A DNA stretch of 64,000 bases from Leptospiraceae bacterium (GTDB taxonomy: Bacteria; Spirochaetota; Leptospiria; Leptospirales; Leptonemataceae): positions 128,001 through 192,000 of the forward strand of contig JAVJNR010000004.1 of NCBI GenBank assembly GCA_040217195.1, given 5' to 3'. Of the stretch, positions 10,248-20,842 are shown piece after piece. The translations under genes and the position numbers were made by a program. Position 1 is the stretch's first letter; each line of letters opens with the position of its first letter. Below the pieces are notes generated by a model, which did not search any database, had not been told where the DNA came from, and saw only the letters and a program-made list of their open reading frames with translations.

Positions 10248-10357
10248 GTTGAATCTCGATTGGGTCGGGACAGAATAGATAAGATTTCGGGCAGAAAGGC
10301 CGTTCAGACAATTTAGCAAAGCAGTGGCAAGTGTCCACTGAAAGCCTGTGGAGGAAG

Positions 10358-10732
10358 TCAGGTTCGTTCCAGAGCCTTGATTACGCGTTCGGCCAGAACA
10401 TCCCGCTTCACAGGGCGGGTAATGAAGTCAAGAGCTCCCATGCCAAGCACAGTCTTAATTAGAGGGGCACTATTCTCTACAGATACAAAGATGACCTTTA
10501 TTTCGGGGGCCATCTGTTTTAACTCGTAGAAGGCTGCATAACCGTCCACCACCGGCATTATGATGTCCATAATGACTACGTCTGCACTCCTGGGATTATT
10601 GCGAACCCAGTCCAGGAGTTCTTTTCCATTCTTGCATACCTGGAGCACTTTGAATTTTCTGGACTCCAGTATTTGGCGGAATTCCAGAGCCTCAAAATTC
10701 TTATCGTCACATATTAAGATTCTGGGATTCAT
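10358..10732 (-). CDS. Single-domain response regulator (CheY-like receiver)
   Basis: ILICDD, MDIIMPVVDG, VIFVS, GALDFITRP (the conserved Lys is Arg here). Confidence 0.9.
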   Translation of the reverse strand: MNPRILICDDKNFEALEFRQILESRKFKVLQVCKNGKELLDWVRNNPRSADVVIMDIIMPVVDGYAAFYELKQMAPEIKVIFVSVENSAPLIKTVLGMGALDFITRPVKRDVLAERVIKALERT

Positions 10733-10759
10733 AGGACGTTATATCTTCTCTTCCGGGGG

Positions 10760-11854
10760 CTACAGATGGTCCATAATGGCATCGGTCATTTCCCGGGTAT
10801 TGATGATTTTTTCGCCTGGACCGGCCAGATCTCCGGTACGGGCTCCGGATTCTATAGCTTTACGAACTGCAGTATCAATACGGTCAGCAACCCCGGTTTC
10901 TTCAAAACTGTATCGTAACATTAGAGAGGCGCTCAATATTTGAGCTATCGGATTTGCCACACCCTTGCCTGCAATATCGGGCGCTGTACCACCACTGGGC
11001 TCATAAAGACCGAAACCCCTTTCCGTTGATAGAGAAGCAGAAGCCAGCATTCCCAGACTTCCGCCCAGTACCGATGCTTCATCACTTAAAATATCACCGA
11101 ACATATTTCCGCACAATAATACGTCAAAGCTAGTGGGACGCAGGATCAACTGCATGGCCCCATTGTCCACGTACATGTGGTCCAGTTCGATTTTCTTTTC
11201 CTGCTCTTGATTGTATTTCTCTGCGAATTCAGTAACTACTTCACGCCATAGCACCATGCTACTTAGAACGTTGGCTTTATCAATGCTTGTAACTCGTCTC
11301 TTTCGCTGACTGGCAGAATCAAACGCTACCTTTGCGATTCGCTCGATCTCATATCGATGATAGACCATTGTATCAAAGGCTTTTTCCTGGTCTCCGTCTC
11401 CCTCTCGACCTTTGGGCTGGCCAAAATAGACATCTCCTGTGAGCTCCCTTACAATGAGCATGTCCACACCATCTCCTATCCTTTCCTGCTTTAACGGAGA
11501 GGATGCAGATAATTCCGGAAATAGCCTGACTGGTCTGAGATTGGCGAATAAGGAAAAATGCTTTCTTAGAGGTAGTAATGCACCTCTTTCAGGCTGACGC
11601 TCGGGAGGTAGATTCTCCCATTTTGGTCCACCCACCGAGCCAAACAGGATGGCATCGGACTGCTCGCAGAGTTTTAGAGTTTCGTCCGGTAGAGGAACTC
11701 CGGTTAAATCAATGGCTGCGCCGCCCACCGGGGCCTCGGCCAGAGAATAGTTGGACCAATCATTGCCCAGGGCCTTTTCCAGCACCTCAATGGCGGAATT
11801 CATAACCTCCGGACCAATTCCATCTCCGGGCAGAACAGCAATCTTTCGAGCCAT
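10760..11854 (-). CDS. leuB: 3-isopropylmalate dehydrogenase
   Basis: [76 protein letters not shown]. Confidence 0.97.
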   Translation of the reverse strand: MARKIAVLPGDGIGPEVMNSAIEVLEKALGNDWSNYSLAEAPVGGAAIDLTGVPLPDETLKLCEQSDAILFGSVGGPKWENLPPERQPERGALLPLRKHFSLFANLRPVRLFPELSASSPLKQERIGDGVDMLIVRELTGDVYFGQPKGREGDGDQEKAFDTMVYHRYEIERIAKVAFDSASQRKRRVTSIDKANVLSSMVLWREVVTEFAEKYNQEQEKKIELDHMYVDNGAMQLILRPTSFDVLLCGNMFGDILSDEASVLGGSLGMLASASLSTERGFGLYEPSGGTAPDIAGKGVANPIAQILSASLMLRYSFEETGVADRIDTAVRKAIESGARTGDLAGPGEKIINTREMTDAIMDHL

Positions 11855-11910
11855 GCCGCAATAAATTGGCAGGCTACAGTAGTGTCAAGGTTGACTTGGC
11901 GAAGGAAGCT

Positions 11911-12342
11911 CTATCGGTGATATTCGAGGTAAGCTTTTAGCGGACCCAGGAAATACTCGCCCCATCCTTCTCTATGAGCTTCTCGAACTTTTCTTCCGGG
12001 CAAACCGGAATGGCAGAGGATTAATTCTGTGCCGCGATCCACTTCACGAAATGTCCAGGTTACCATGGAATCCTTCCAGTCTGGATCCCACCATTGCTCT
12101 CGAAGGGTATACATCATTCGCACAGGCGGCTGGATTTCGCAGACCATTCCGGTCATTTCACCGTCCCAGAAAAAGAATTTTCCGCCTGGCCGAGCCTGGA
12201 ACCGGGAAGGTCCTGCTCCCCACTCATCAATGATACGAGCCGTGGTCATGGCATCGAATACTTCACGTATCGGGGCTCGAATTACTTCGATCTCGTAGAT
12301 CTCCGCTTTAACTTCTTCTTTTGTGCGATCCAGTAATGGCAT
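11911..12342 (-). CDS. SRPBCC/AHSA1 (START-like) domain protein
   Basis: IRAPIREVFDAMT...W, RPGGKF, SMVTWTF, GTELILCHSG, HREGW. Confidence 0.85.
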   Translation of the reverse strand: MPLLDRTKEEVKAEIYEIEVIRAPIREVFDAMTTARIIDEWGAGPSRFQARPGGKFFFWDGEMTGMVCEIQPPVRMMYTLREQWWDPDWKDSMVTWTFREVDRGTELILCHSGLPGRKVREAHREGWGEYFLGPLKAYLEYHR

Positions 12343-12469
12343 TATTCTATCCCCTCTTCAGTACCGTCGGATAAATACCTGGATTCACTTAGCTTTTTTT
12401 GGAAGGATGGAGGATAATTGATCTCGGGTTATACCCCTGTACGGTTTTTTTCAACCAACTCGGTATCTC

Positions 12470-13642
12470 TCAGCTGTGCGAGTCACCGGAAAGATAGCGG
12501 AATTCCTTTTCTGCAAACCGATCTGTCATACCTGAAATATAATCTGCGATTACCCGTTCCAGGCCCACTTCTGGCACACGTATCTGAACATGTGAGGGCA
12601 TTAAATCCGGACGATTACAATAGGTTTGAAACAGGTACTCGATCATTTTTTCCCCGCGGTAAGACATTCGCTTCACCGAAGGGTCCATATACAGCTTTTC
12701 TTTCATGAATGTATGCATGGACTGAAGTCTGGATTTGACTCCGGAACTGTTTCTAACCGGCAATTCCGCTGGTTGAAGGGTAAACACATCCTGAAGAGAT
12801 AAAAACTTCGCATCCTCAATGGCTTCGCTGGAACTCTGGATTAAATCGTTCAGACACTCATTGAGCAGGGAGCGCACAACTGTGCGAATCTGAAGCGGTA
12901 GTCTGGCCTCTCTAAATTCCAATCCGTTCGTATCCATGCATTCTTCAAAAGCATGGACCCAGAACGTCTCTTTTGAAAGATCTTCCATGGTTAAATAGCC
13001 GCTGTCCAGGCCGTCTTCCAGATCATGATGCAGATATGCGATACGATCACATAGATCCACAAGTCTTGCCTCCAGAGAAACGCCGGTGCGCATTTCCCGA
13101 ATTCCTTCCAGATGTTCGTCGCAGCTATAAATTCTGCCATGCTTCATCATTCCTGCCAGAGTAATTCGAGTCAGGTTGAGCCCGGGCCAGGATGGATACC
13201 TGGATTCCAGAGCACTTACAATGCGAAGACTCTGGCAATTGTGTTCAAATCCGCCGTGTCCCTGCATCAGTCGATGAAGGGCGTCCTGACCTGCATGTCC
13301 AAAAGGAGTGTGACCCAGGTCATGCGCCAGAGATAGTGTTTCTGCATAATCTGCATTGAGCGACAGAGAGCGAGCTACGGAACGGGAAATCTGAGCCACC
13401 TCCAGGCTGTGAGTGAGCCTGGTGCGATAATTATCGCCTTCTGAATTTACAAAAACCTGTGTTTTGTAACCCAGTCTTCGAAACGCCTTGGAATGAAGCA
13501 CTCGATCCCGGTCCCGATGGAGCGCAGTGCGGAAGGGATGCTCTGGTTCTTCATGCAGCCGACCTGCATGCTCACCGTGTCTTACTGCATAGGCCGCCAG
13601 GTGACGGTCTTCCATATTTTCCAGATTTTCCAGGGTCTTCAT
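12470..13642 (-). CDS. dgt: Deoxyguanosinetriphosphate triphosphohydrolase (dNTPase, HD family)
   Basis: RDRDRVLHSKAFRRLGYKTQVF, RTRLTHSLEVAQI, AHDLGHTPFGHAG, FEHN, DRIAYLHHDLEDG, DYISGMTD. Confidence 0.93.
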   Translation of the reverse strand: MKTLENLENMEDRHLAAYAVRHGEHAGRLHEEPEHPFRTALHRDRDRVLHSKAFRRLGYKTQVFVNSEGDNYRTRLTHSLEVAQISRSVARSLSLNADYAETLSLAHDLGHTPFGHAGQDALHRLMQGHGGFEHNCQSLRIVSALESRYPSWPGLNLTRITLAGMMKHGRIYSCDEHLEGIREMRTGVSLEARLVDLCDRIAYLHHDLEDGLDSGYLTMEDLSKETFWVHAFEECMDTNGLEFREARLPLQIRTVVRSLLNECLNDLIQSSSEAIEDAKFLSLQDVFTLQPAELPVRNSSGVKSRLQSMHTFMKEKLYMDPSVKRMSYRGEKMIEYLFQTYCNRPDLMPSHVQIRVPEVGLERVIADYISGMTDRFAEKEFRYLSGDSHS

Positions 13643-13732
13643 GATTGGTTCTCGTTCAGACTAACATTGTGGCAGAGCACTGCGACATCTTTTTTTGCTT
13701 CCCTTCCTGTCCTCCGCTGGGATCTATCCATT

Positions 13733-14167
13733 ATGCAAACTGGTCCGGGAATCGCCGCAGCATTGGCTGTACTCATACTGTTTCAAGTGAACTGTGCTTC
13801 CAATAGTCGTCCCGGATATACAGAACCAGATGATGTATCCGGCGCTGTGAGCTATTATGATTCCATTCCCGAGCAATGCAATGAAGTTCGAGGACTGAAA
13901 CAGAAGGTTGTGAAATCTGCAGATTCGGAAGCAGAGCTGATCAACCACTATGGGATTACATTTCTGGTCCGATTCCAGGACAGGGAAAGCCCGGCGCTCT
14001 ATGGGACTCTGTATTATCAGAATCCGCGCAAGAATCTTTACTGCATGGCTCTGGCCGATGGTAGATTCGCCAGCTTTAGCGATAGTCAGATAGATGCCAC
14101 CCGAAGGAACTTCGTCCAGGAAGTCTGTCATCCGCTGAAGAAATGTGAGCGGATTAAGCTGGATTGA
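13733..14167 (+). CDS. Hypothetical lipoprotein
   Basis: ATG 13733, hydrophobic stretch then FQVNC (spirochaetal lipobox-like), four further Cys. The upstream part of the ORF-track call overlaps dgt. Confidence 0.65.
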   Translation: MQTGPGIAAALAVLILFQVNCASNSRPGYTEPDDVSGAVSYYDSIPEQCNEVRGLKQKVVKSADSEAELINHYGITFLVRFQDRESPALYGTLYYQNPRKNLYCMALADGRFASFSDSQIDATRRNFVQEVCHPLKKCERIKLD

Positions 14168-14389
14168 TTGTAGTCCATATTATCCAGGCTCTCTGGATAA
14201 CCGCTGCTGCAGACTTGTGGGTAAACAGAGTTATCCCCTTGCGAAAAGAAAAGCCTGAAGTTCTTCAACCGAAGAGTCCAGGAAGTAATCCGCACGGAAA
14301 TATATCTCAAATTGAATCGATGCACTGCCCGGATTCGGGCTATCCTGTATCATGAGGACACCTCAATACGAAATCTTTAGAGTCCAAAG

Positions 14390-14878
14390 CTACAGGTTCG
14401 CAAAATGGTTTTTCCAGACAGCAAGCTGGCCCGCATGATATGATTCATGTAGCAACAAAAGGTACACCAGCAAAGAGCCTACATTACCAAAAGCCCTGGC
14501 CCAACGGTCCAGTCCCGGGGTGGCCGACAGTTGTTCCACAGGCATGGCCAGCAAAGCTGACTCGATTCTGGCATGGCTATCAGTATAGATACTCACCAAT
14601 TCTGACCGCCCCGGATATAGTTCTGGTTTATCAACGGGTTTAGATCCAGCATCAAATATTCCGGCATCCGATCGGGTAGAAGGGTCAATAACCACTTCGC
14701 CTTGAATCAATTGAAGAATGGCAGGATGATAGTGCAGCAGATGAGAAACGATCCAGGCTGGATGATTGGCAATTCCATTACTCTGAGCCGTAATCTGGTC
14801 CGGAATACTATCAAGCAAGGATAGCACTTGCTCCTTGTTCCTGACCTGACCCTCCAATAATAATTCTTTCTGGTTCAT
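14390..14878 (-). CDS. DinB-family protein
   Basis: NHPAWIVSHL and LHESYHAGQL His motifs. GGAGG SD upstream of ATG 14878. Confidence 0.85.
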   Translation of the reverse strand: MNQKELLLEGQVRNKEQVLSLLDSIPDQITAQSNGIANHPAWIVSHLLHYHPAILQLIQGEVVIDPSTRSDAGIFDAGSKPVDKPELYPGRSELVSIYTDSHARIESALLAMPVEQLSATPGLDRWARAFGNVGSLLVYLLLLHESYHAGQLAVWKNHFANL

Positions 14879-15155
14879 AAAACAAATCCTCCGATCCTGC
14901 CCGCGCAATAATCCAATACCCATTGCCCGAAACGCAATTGGAACGAGCAGGCGCAGGCCCATAACAAGAATAACGAATTCAATTACCAGAAGAATCCAGG
15001 CGACGAACCAATCTTTCGCAAAAGCGTACTTCCAGATGCCCGGTGCGCAGGCAGGGGTAATATTCTTCCAGAAATGACGATTGCAGCCAAGATCCTCTAT
15101 ACAGAGGCTGGTTTTCAGGGGCCCGCCGGAAAAATGATTCTGGTTAGGTATCAAA

Positions 15156-16376
15156 ATGGAATTTCTCAAGAAGTCTTCGAATTTTAACCCGTTTACTTTT
15201 AACCGAATGATTCTTGTTTGGCTGGGCATTGGCATCCTGGGTGGGACACTTGCCAGCCTATACTGGATCTTACTGGAACATGTAATATCGATATTTACGC
15301 TATTGCAGGGTTGGTTAGTAATACCCGGTATGGCTCTGGCCGGACTGTTGGCCGGAATCGCAATCAAAGCCCTGGGAGATCCAGGGGAAATGTCCATGAT
15401 CGTCGATAACATCCGATTCAGAAATGGAAAACTAAATCCAAAGAACAATATATCGATGATGATCTCCTCTCTCCTCTGTGTAGGTTCGGGAGGTAGCCTC
15501 GGGCCGGAAGCGCCTCTGGTGCAGATAACCGGCTCATTCAGTTCCTTAATCGGGCGATTTCTTCGACTGAGTAGAAGTGAAAGACGCTCTATAACTATAT
15601 CTGGAATGGCTGCCGGGTTTACGGCACTATTTGGGGCCCCCATAGGGGGAAGCCTCTTTGCCGTGGAGATACTCCACCATAAACAAGTGGTCGAATACAA
15701 GGAAGCTCTGCTTCCTGCCTTCGTATCCAGCTGCGCGAGCTATCTGGTATTTGCCACATTATTGCACATCGGTGTTGGCCCTACGTGGGTCTTCCCTCGA
15801 GCGGATCTTTCCCTTTCCGATTCCCTTATATCTCTTGGTCTGGCTCCACTTGGAGCAATGGCCGGATGGATCTTTATAGGATTAACCTACTATTTTCGGG
15901 ATCTCTGGAAAAGTATTGGAGCGCCAATTTATGTCCAAATGGCCTGCGGAGGGATAATCCTGGGACTTTTGGCCTTCTACATTCCTGTGACCAGATACTT
16001 TGGTCACCAGGAGATTAACCATCTTCTCAATGGCGAATACTCAAGGATGAGTCTAGCGACCATCGTTGTTGTAAAGTTAATCGCTATTTCTGTGACCGTA
16101 ACTTCAGGTTGGCGGGGAGGTTTCATCATCCCGCTACTCTTTGTGGGTACGGCTCTGGGGCTGCTGGTCCATGCCGTATATCCTGACATCTCCGTATCGG
16201 TAGCTTGCATTAGCTGCATGGCCTCTATCAACGCTTGCGTCACCCGAACCCCTTTAAGCACCGCCATCCTCCTATCAACCATGACTGGTTTTGGGTCTCT
16301 GGTTCCGATCCTGTGCGCCAGCTTCGGAGGCTTCTTCCTGGCTCCGCGGAAGGCATTTATTGAGGCTCAGCGATAG
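15156..16376 (+). CDS. ClC-family chloride channel/transporter (no CBS domains)
   Basis: GGSLGPEAPLVQI, GMAAGFTALFGAPIGGSLFAVE, GWRGGFIIP, RTPLST. Many TM segments. Confidence 0.9.
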   Translation: MEFLKKSSNFNPFTFNRMILVWLGIGILGGTLASLYWILLEHVISIFTLLQGWLVIPGMALAGLLAGIAIKALGDPGEMSMIVDNIRFRNGKLNPKNNISMMISSLLCVGSGGSLGPEAPLVQITGSFSSLIGRFLRLSRSERRSITISGMAAGFTALFGAPIGGSLFAVEILHHKQVVEYKEALLPAFVSSCASYLVFATLLHIGVGPTWVFPRADLSLSDSLISLGLAPLGAMAGWIFIGLTYYFRDLWKSIGAPIYVQMACGGIILGLLAFYIPVTRYFGHQEINHLLNGEYSRMSLATIVVVKLIAISVTVTSGWRGGFIIPLLFVGTALGLLVHAVYPDISVSVACISCMASINACVTRTPLSTAILLSTMTGFGSLVPILCASFGGFFLAPRKAFIEAQR

Positions 16377-16506
16377 AGAGTTCCGGCAGGATCTGGAACC
16401 TATCGCTACCGAAAAATACCCCCAGTAGAGTTTTTTCAATAGAATGCGCGGATAGTTGATCGAAATCAAGGATCTTATCTATGAAAACGCATACCATTCC
16501 TTTGAA

Positions 16507-18129
16507 ATGTACTCTTTCGCGTCAGACGTTACTGTGGTGGGTGGAGGATTGGCCGGGCTGGCTGCTGCCCTGGAATTGATCGAACGAAAGAAAAGAGTCC
16601 TGCTGCTGGAGAAGTCTGGGCCAGATCGCCTGGGCGGGCTCGCAAGGGAGTCTTTTGGTGGCATTTGTCTCGTTAATACCCCGGAGCAAAGGCGGCTGGG
16701 GATCTGCGATCGCCCCTCACTGGCCTTGCAAGACTGGCTGAACTTTGCAGAATTCGAGAACGAGGATTGGCCCAGGCAATGGGCTGAGCAATACGTTTGT
16801 CGTAGTATCCCGGAAATCTATGAATGGCTGCAAAGACTCAAAGTAACCTTCTTACCCATCGTTAATTGGCCCGAGCGAGGTTTATTCGTTCCGGGCAACT
16901 CCGTTCCCAGGTGGCATATCGTATGGGGAACCGGGCAATACCTAATCCAGCAGCTACTGTCCTACATCGGAAACCATCGCAATAGAGAATTATTGGAGAT
17001 CCGGTACAATTGTGATGTTCAATCCCTGGAAGTTTCGAACGGGGAAGTGACCGGCTGCTCGGGAAAGATATATCTGGATGATCAAAGACCAGACGTAGAG
17101 TTTCGGTCCAGTTCAGAAGCGGTCCTTCTGGCGGCAGGCGGAATATGCGGAAACCTGAATCTAGTGCGAAGCCACTGGCCTTCAAGCTGGGGTAATCCAC
17201 CAAAACAAATGCTTAACGGTTCTCATGAGAATGCAAACGGAACGGTGCATGACATGGCAGCCAGGGCAGGTGCCTCCATTACTCATCTGGACTTACAATT
17301 TCACTATGCAGCTGGCATTGCTCATCCTAGTCCAAGAAGGCCCGATCATGGATTGAGCCTGGTTCCCCCTCGTTCTGCACTCTGGGTGAATGCAATAGGG
17401 GAAAGAATCGGACCGGTACCACTGGTAGGTGGCTTTGATACACGAGCCCTGGTAGAAGCTATTTGCGGCGAGCCCGGGCAGTATTCCTGGCAAATCTTGA
17501 ACTGGCAAATAGCGATCCATGAATTGGCCGTATCGGGCTCTGAATACATGACAGATTTCAGAGATCGAAAAAAGCTTCGTATGTTAAAACACCTGCTCTT
17601 TGGAAATAGAAAACTGGTGCGTCGTCTATTGAGCGAAAGCGATGATTTCGTGCAGGCGCAGTCACTTCCGGAACTGGTTAACAATATGAACCAACTGAAC
17701 ACAGAATACAAAGTGGATGAAGAGATTCTGCGCAAGAGTATTGAAAGATACGATGAGAACCTGAAAAGAAAGGAGTGCTACCGAAATGACGACCAGATTA
17801 GGCGCATCTCAGCAGTTCGGGCCTATCGCGGCGATAGACTCAGAACAGCGAAGTTTATACCAATCCTGAGTTCATCCGCCAGACCCCTGATTGCAATCAG
17901 GGAGAGAATCATCAGTCGAAAAAGCCTGGGCGGCATACGGACCAATTTGCAAAGCCAAGTACTGAATGATCAGGATACAGTCATTTCCGGCCTGTACGCA
18001 GCCGGGGAGATGGCTGGTTTTGGAGGCGGTGGAATACATGGAAAAAGGTCTCTGGAAGGAACTTTCCTGGGCAGCTGCATACTCACGGGTAGGGCCGCGG
18101 GCAAATCCATAGCAGGAGAACTATTATGA
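16507..18129 (+). CDS. FAD-binding dehydrogenase (FAD_binding_2, KstD/fumarate-reductase flavoprotein-like)
   Basis: VVGGGLAGLAAA, GGLARESFGG, GNSVPRWHIVWGTG, RKSLGGIRT, GLYAAGEMAGFGGGG, SLEGTFLGSC. Start uncertain (16456 or 16507). Confidence 0.88.
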   Translation: MYSFASDVTVVGGGLAGLAAALELIERKKRVLLLEKSGPDRLGGLARESFGGICLVNTPEQRRLGICDRPSLALQDWLNFAEFENEDWPRQWAEQYVCRSIPEIYEWLQRLKVTFLPIVNWPERGLFVPGNSVPRWHIVWGTGQYLIQQLLSYIGNHRNRELLEIRYNCDVQSLEVSNGEVTGCSGKIYLDDQRPDVEFRSSSEAVLLAAGGICGNLNLVRSHWPSSWGNPPKQMLNGSHENANGTVHDMAARAGASITHLDLQFHYAAGIAHPSPRRPDHGLSLVPPRSALWVNAIGERIGPVPLVGGFDTRALVEAICGEPGQYSWQILNWQIAIHELAVSGSEYMTDFRDRKKLRMLKHLLFGNRKLVRRLLSESDDFVQAQSLPELVNNMNQLNTEYKVDEEILRKSIERYDENLKRKECYRNDDQIRRISAVRAYRGDRLRTAKFIPILSSSARPLIAIRERIISRKSLGGIRTNLQSQVLNDQDTVISGLYAAGEMAGFGGGGIHGKRSLEGTFLGSCILTGRAAGKSIAGELL

Positions 18130-19949
18130 AAAGCACTGGAGCTCAACTCGCTGTAAAGGCCCTGGAAGACCTGGGCATTCGATTTACCTTTGGAATACCT
18201 GGAGTACATAATACGGAACTTTATGACGAACTAAATGCTTCGTCTGCCATCTGTCCGGTGCTCGTTTCGCATGAAATGGGCGCCGCATTCATGGCCGATG
18301 GACTGAGCCGTACCTCCGACTCAATTGGAACTCTGGTCATAGTACCTGCTGCCGGAGCCACCCATGCAATGAGCGGAATTGGAGAAGCATACCTGGCAGG
18401 TATTCCAATGCTCATTATTTCTGGCGGCATTCGAATCGATACAGGAAAGCATTATCAATTGCATGATGTTGACCAGCTTGCACTTATGGAACCTCTTACC
18501 AGGGCAGCCTTTCGCATTAGAGCTCAAAACGAAGTAAGAAAGACGATCTTTCTGGCCCATCAGATAGCTCACTCTGGTCAACCTGGACCGGTTTTTGTAG
18601 AAATCCCTGTCAACGTCCAACTTTTCCGTGGACCTGCTGCACCGGAGTCCGTGGCTTCTGAATTCCGGATAAAGCCAGCCTATCTTCCTCTTTATAATAG
18701 CTTCAAAGATGACCTGCTGCAAAAGCATTCCTCGAACACCGACCAGCCAGTAGATATAAATAAGCGAAGGGGCCTGGTCGAACAGGCAGCCGATTTGCTA
18801 CTGGCCGCCAGTCATCCTGGTCTGTTCGTTGGCTGGGGCGCCCGTAGTGCCGCAGCAGAGTTACTTGATCTAAGCGAAAAACTGGGGATTCCCGTAGCCA
18901 CCACCCTGCAGGGTAAAAGCGTTTTCCCGGCTGACCATCCAATGCATTGCGGTATGGGCGCCGGCAATTACTCTGTACCGGCCGCGCAAGCAGCCTTTCA
19001 CGATTGTGATTGTTTGCTCGCCGTGGGATTGAGATTCGCCGAAATTCCCACAGGTAGTTTTGGTATGTCTGTTCCGGAGAATCTAATTCATGTTGATATT
19101 GAGCCAGAAGTATTCAATAAGAATTATCCTGCAGCAGTGGCCATTGAAGGAGATGCCACGGAAATCTTGCAATTGCTCACCCAGGAGATAAAAAGCAGAC
19201 AGCTTGAAGAAAGGCTTCATGCCAGCCGTAGATCGAATTTGCAGAGTCTAATCCAAAACCACAAAGAGCAGTATCTGCAAAGCTGGTTGAATGAGGAAAT
19301 GCGCCGAGTAAATCCGGCAATTCTATTTCAATCCTTAAGGAAGTCGATTAACCCCACTGATATTGTTGTATTGGATGATGGCAATCATACCTTCCTGGCT
19401 GCTGAGCTATTCGATGTCTATCAGCCTGGAACCTTTATTTCCCCCACAGACTTCAACAGTATGGGCTACGCCATCCCAGCCAGCATTGGAGCCGCATTTG
19501 CCAATCCCAACAAACTGGTTACCGCAATCGTAGGCGATGGAGCTTTCTTAATGACAGGATTGGAGGCGATAACGGCAGTAAGCTATGAAGTGGGCCTACT
19601 CATACTGGTCTTTCATGATGGAGAGCTGTCTCAAATCTCTCAGGGGCAGTCCATCCCCTACAACAGGAAGACCTGTACTGTCCTGGGAGACTATGATGTG
19701 TCCTCGATAGCCCGTGGAATTGGTGCCAGTACGCTCGCGATTCGGAGCAACACTGAAGTGGCAAGTGTAATCCTGGAAGCAACCAGAAGAGCCCGAGATG
19801 GTGAAGTTATGATTGTTGATGTGGAAATCGACTATTCGCGTAAGACCCAGTTTACAAAAGGCATTGTAGAGACCAATCTTTCGCGTTTTGCCCTGACTGA
19901 AAAGGTTCGCTTTATAGGACGCGCCATAAAGAGGAAGATTACCGGTTAA
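18126..19949 (+). CDS. Thiamine diphosphate-dependent enzyme (acetolactate synthase large-subunit superfamily)
   Basis: FGIPGVHN, HEMGAAFMADG, PGPVFVEIP, SMGYAIP, GDGAFLM. ATGA overlap with the upstream dehydrogenase. Confidence 0.9.
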   Translation: MKSTGAQLAVKALEDLGIRFTFGIPGVHNTELYDELNASSAICPVLVSHEMGAAFMADGLSRTSDSIGTLVIVPAAGATHAMSGIGEAYLAGIPMLIISGGIRIDTGKHYQLHDVDQLALMEPLTRAAFRIRAQNEVRKTIFLAHQIAHSGQPGPVFVEIPVNVQLFRGPAAPESVASEFRIKPAYLPLYNSFKDDLLQKHSSNTDQPVDINKRRGLVEQAADLLLAASHPGLFVGWGARSAAAELLDLSEKLGIPVATTLQGKSVFPADHPMHCGMGAGNYSVPAAQAAFHDCDCLLAVGLRFAEIPTGSFGMSVPENLIHVDIEPEVFNKNYPAAVAIEGDATEILQLLTQEIKSRQLEERLHASRRSNLQSLIQNHKEQYLQSWLNEEMRRVNPAILFQSLRKSINPTDIVVLDDGNHTFLAAELFDVYQPGTFISPTDFNSMGYAIPASIGAAFANPNKLVTAIVGDGAFLMTGLEAITAVSYEVGLLILVFHDGELSQISQGQSIPYNRKTCTVLGDYDVSSIARGIGASTLAIRSNTEVASVILEATRRARDGEVMIVDVEIDYSRKTQFTKGIVETNLSRFALTEKVRFIGRAIKRKITG

Positions 19950-20162
19950 GCGTTGCTTGAAAGCCCACGATTTAAACAGAGATTCGCGATGCTGTACCGA
20001 GAATGACCCCCGGTCCGTCCATGATCTTCATCTTGAGGGTCGTTACGCGAAGCCAATTGCGGGGGCAGAGTTCTTCGAACCAGAAAGACTCTGTTTTCAG
20101 TTCTAGGAAGCCGCTTAAAGTGCAATGCCTGACAAAGGCCATCCCGTTCGCGGCTCAAAGCC

Positions 20163-20762
20163 TTATTCCATCAAAATTTGTTTTAAAGTCTTCCGAAACC
20201 CTTCCATTTCATCTGGACCTGGTTTCTGCCCCAAATTGTACACCATAGTGGATGAGAGTATAGCTCCCAGAATCATATGTGCCATCACATTTGTATCCAG
20301 CTTTCGGAACATTCCGCGCTCCGTTCCTTCCTGCAGGATTTCCTGTATCCCGGACCGGTAGCCCATTATCGTACTACGCAATAGGCTTTTCAAAGAAGTG
20401 GATGCAGCATATATGGCATCGGAAAGCACAATACCGGGCAAGGCAGGATAGTTTCGGACCATTTCAAAATGAGCGGCGAACAATAGATCCAGCTGTGCTG
20501 CCGGATCGCTTCCTTTTTTCGCCTCTGTCATAATACCGCCAAGCCGATCAGACAGTACTTCTACAAAGAAATACAGCATCTGATCGCGACTCTTGAAGTG
20601 ACGATATATGGCTGGTTGAGTGATCCCCATTCGTCTGGCCACCTCGGCCGTAGAAACTCCAGTTACCCCGCTGTCGGTGACAATCTCCAGGATAACCTGG
20701 AAAAACTCTGCTTTTCGACCCTCGAGAGGAGCTACCACCCGCTCATGGTTCCTGTCTGACAT
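20163..20762 (-). CDS. TetR/AcrR-family transcriptional regulator
   Basis: HTH VSTAEVARRMGITQPAIYRHFKSRD. GGAGG SD. Divergent from the RND gene. Confidence 0.92.
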   Translation of the reverse strand: MSDRNHERVVAPLEGRKAEFFQVILEIVTDSGVTGVSTAEVARRMGITQPAIYRHFKSRDQMLYFFVEVLSDRLGGIMTEAKKGSDPAAQLDLLFAAHFEMVRNYPALPGIVLSDAIYAASTSLKSLLRSTIMGYRSGIQEILQEGTERGMFRKLDTNVMAHMILGAILSSTMVYNLGQKPGPDEMEGFRKTLKQILME

Positions 20763-20842
20763 TTTTTATTCCTCCGGTCGGCTTCCAACCCGCTTCAGTC
20801 CATGGACATCTTGCCAACCAGGAGAGGCAACCGGAATGAATC

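Noticed and set aside
12470..13642. dGTPase as an anti-phage defence system
   Set aside because: It looks like the short housekeeping form, lies in a core context near leuB, and has no neighbouring defence genes.
15040..15155. Fluoride riboswitch upstream of the ClC gene
   Set aside because: No GGCGATGG..TCGCC/GCTAATGAC-type consensus, and the protein lacks CLC-F motifs.
14879..15700. 436-aa ORF 14390-15700 as a single protein
   Set aside because: The N-terminal part is the antisense shadow of the ClC gene; dinB has its own SD and ATG at 14878.
18126..19949. Calling the gene ilvB
   Set aside because: No small subunit nearby, atypical motifs, and coupling to a dehydrogenase.
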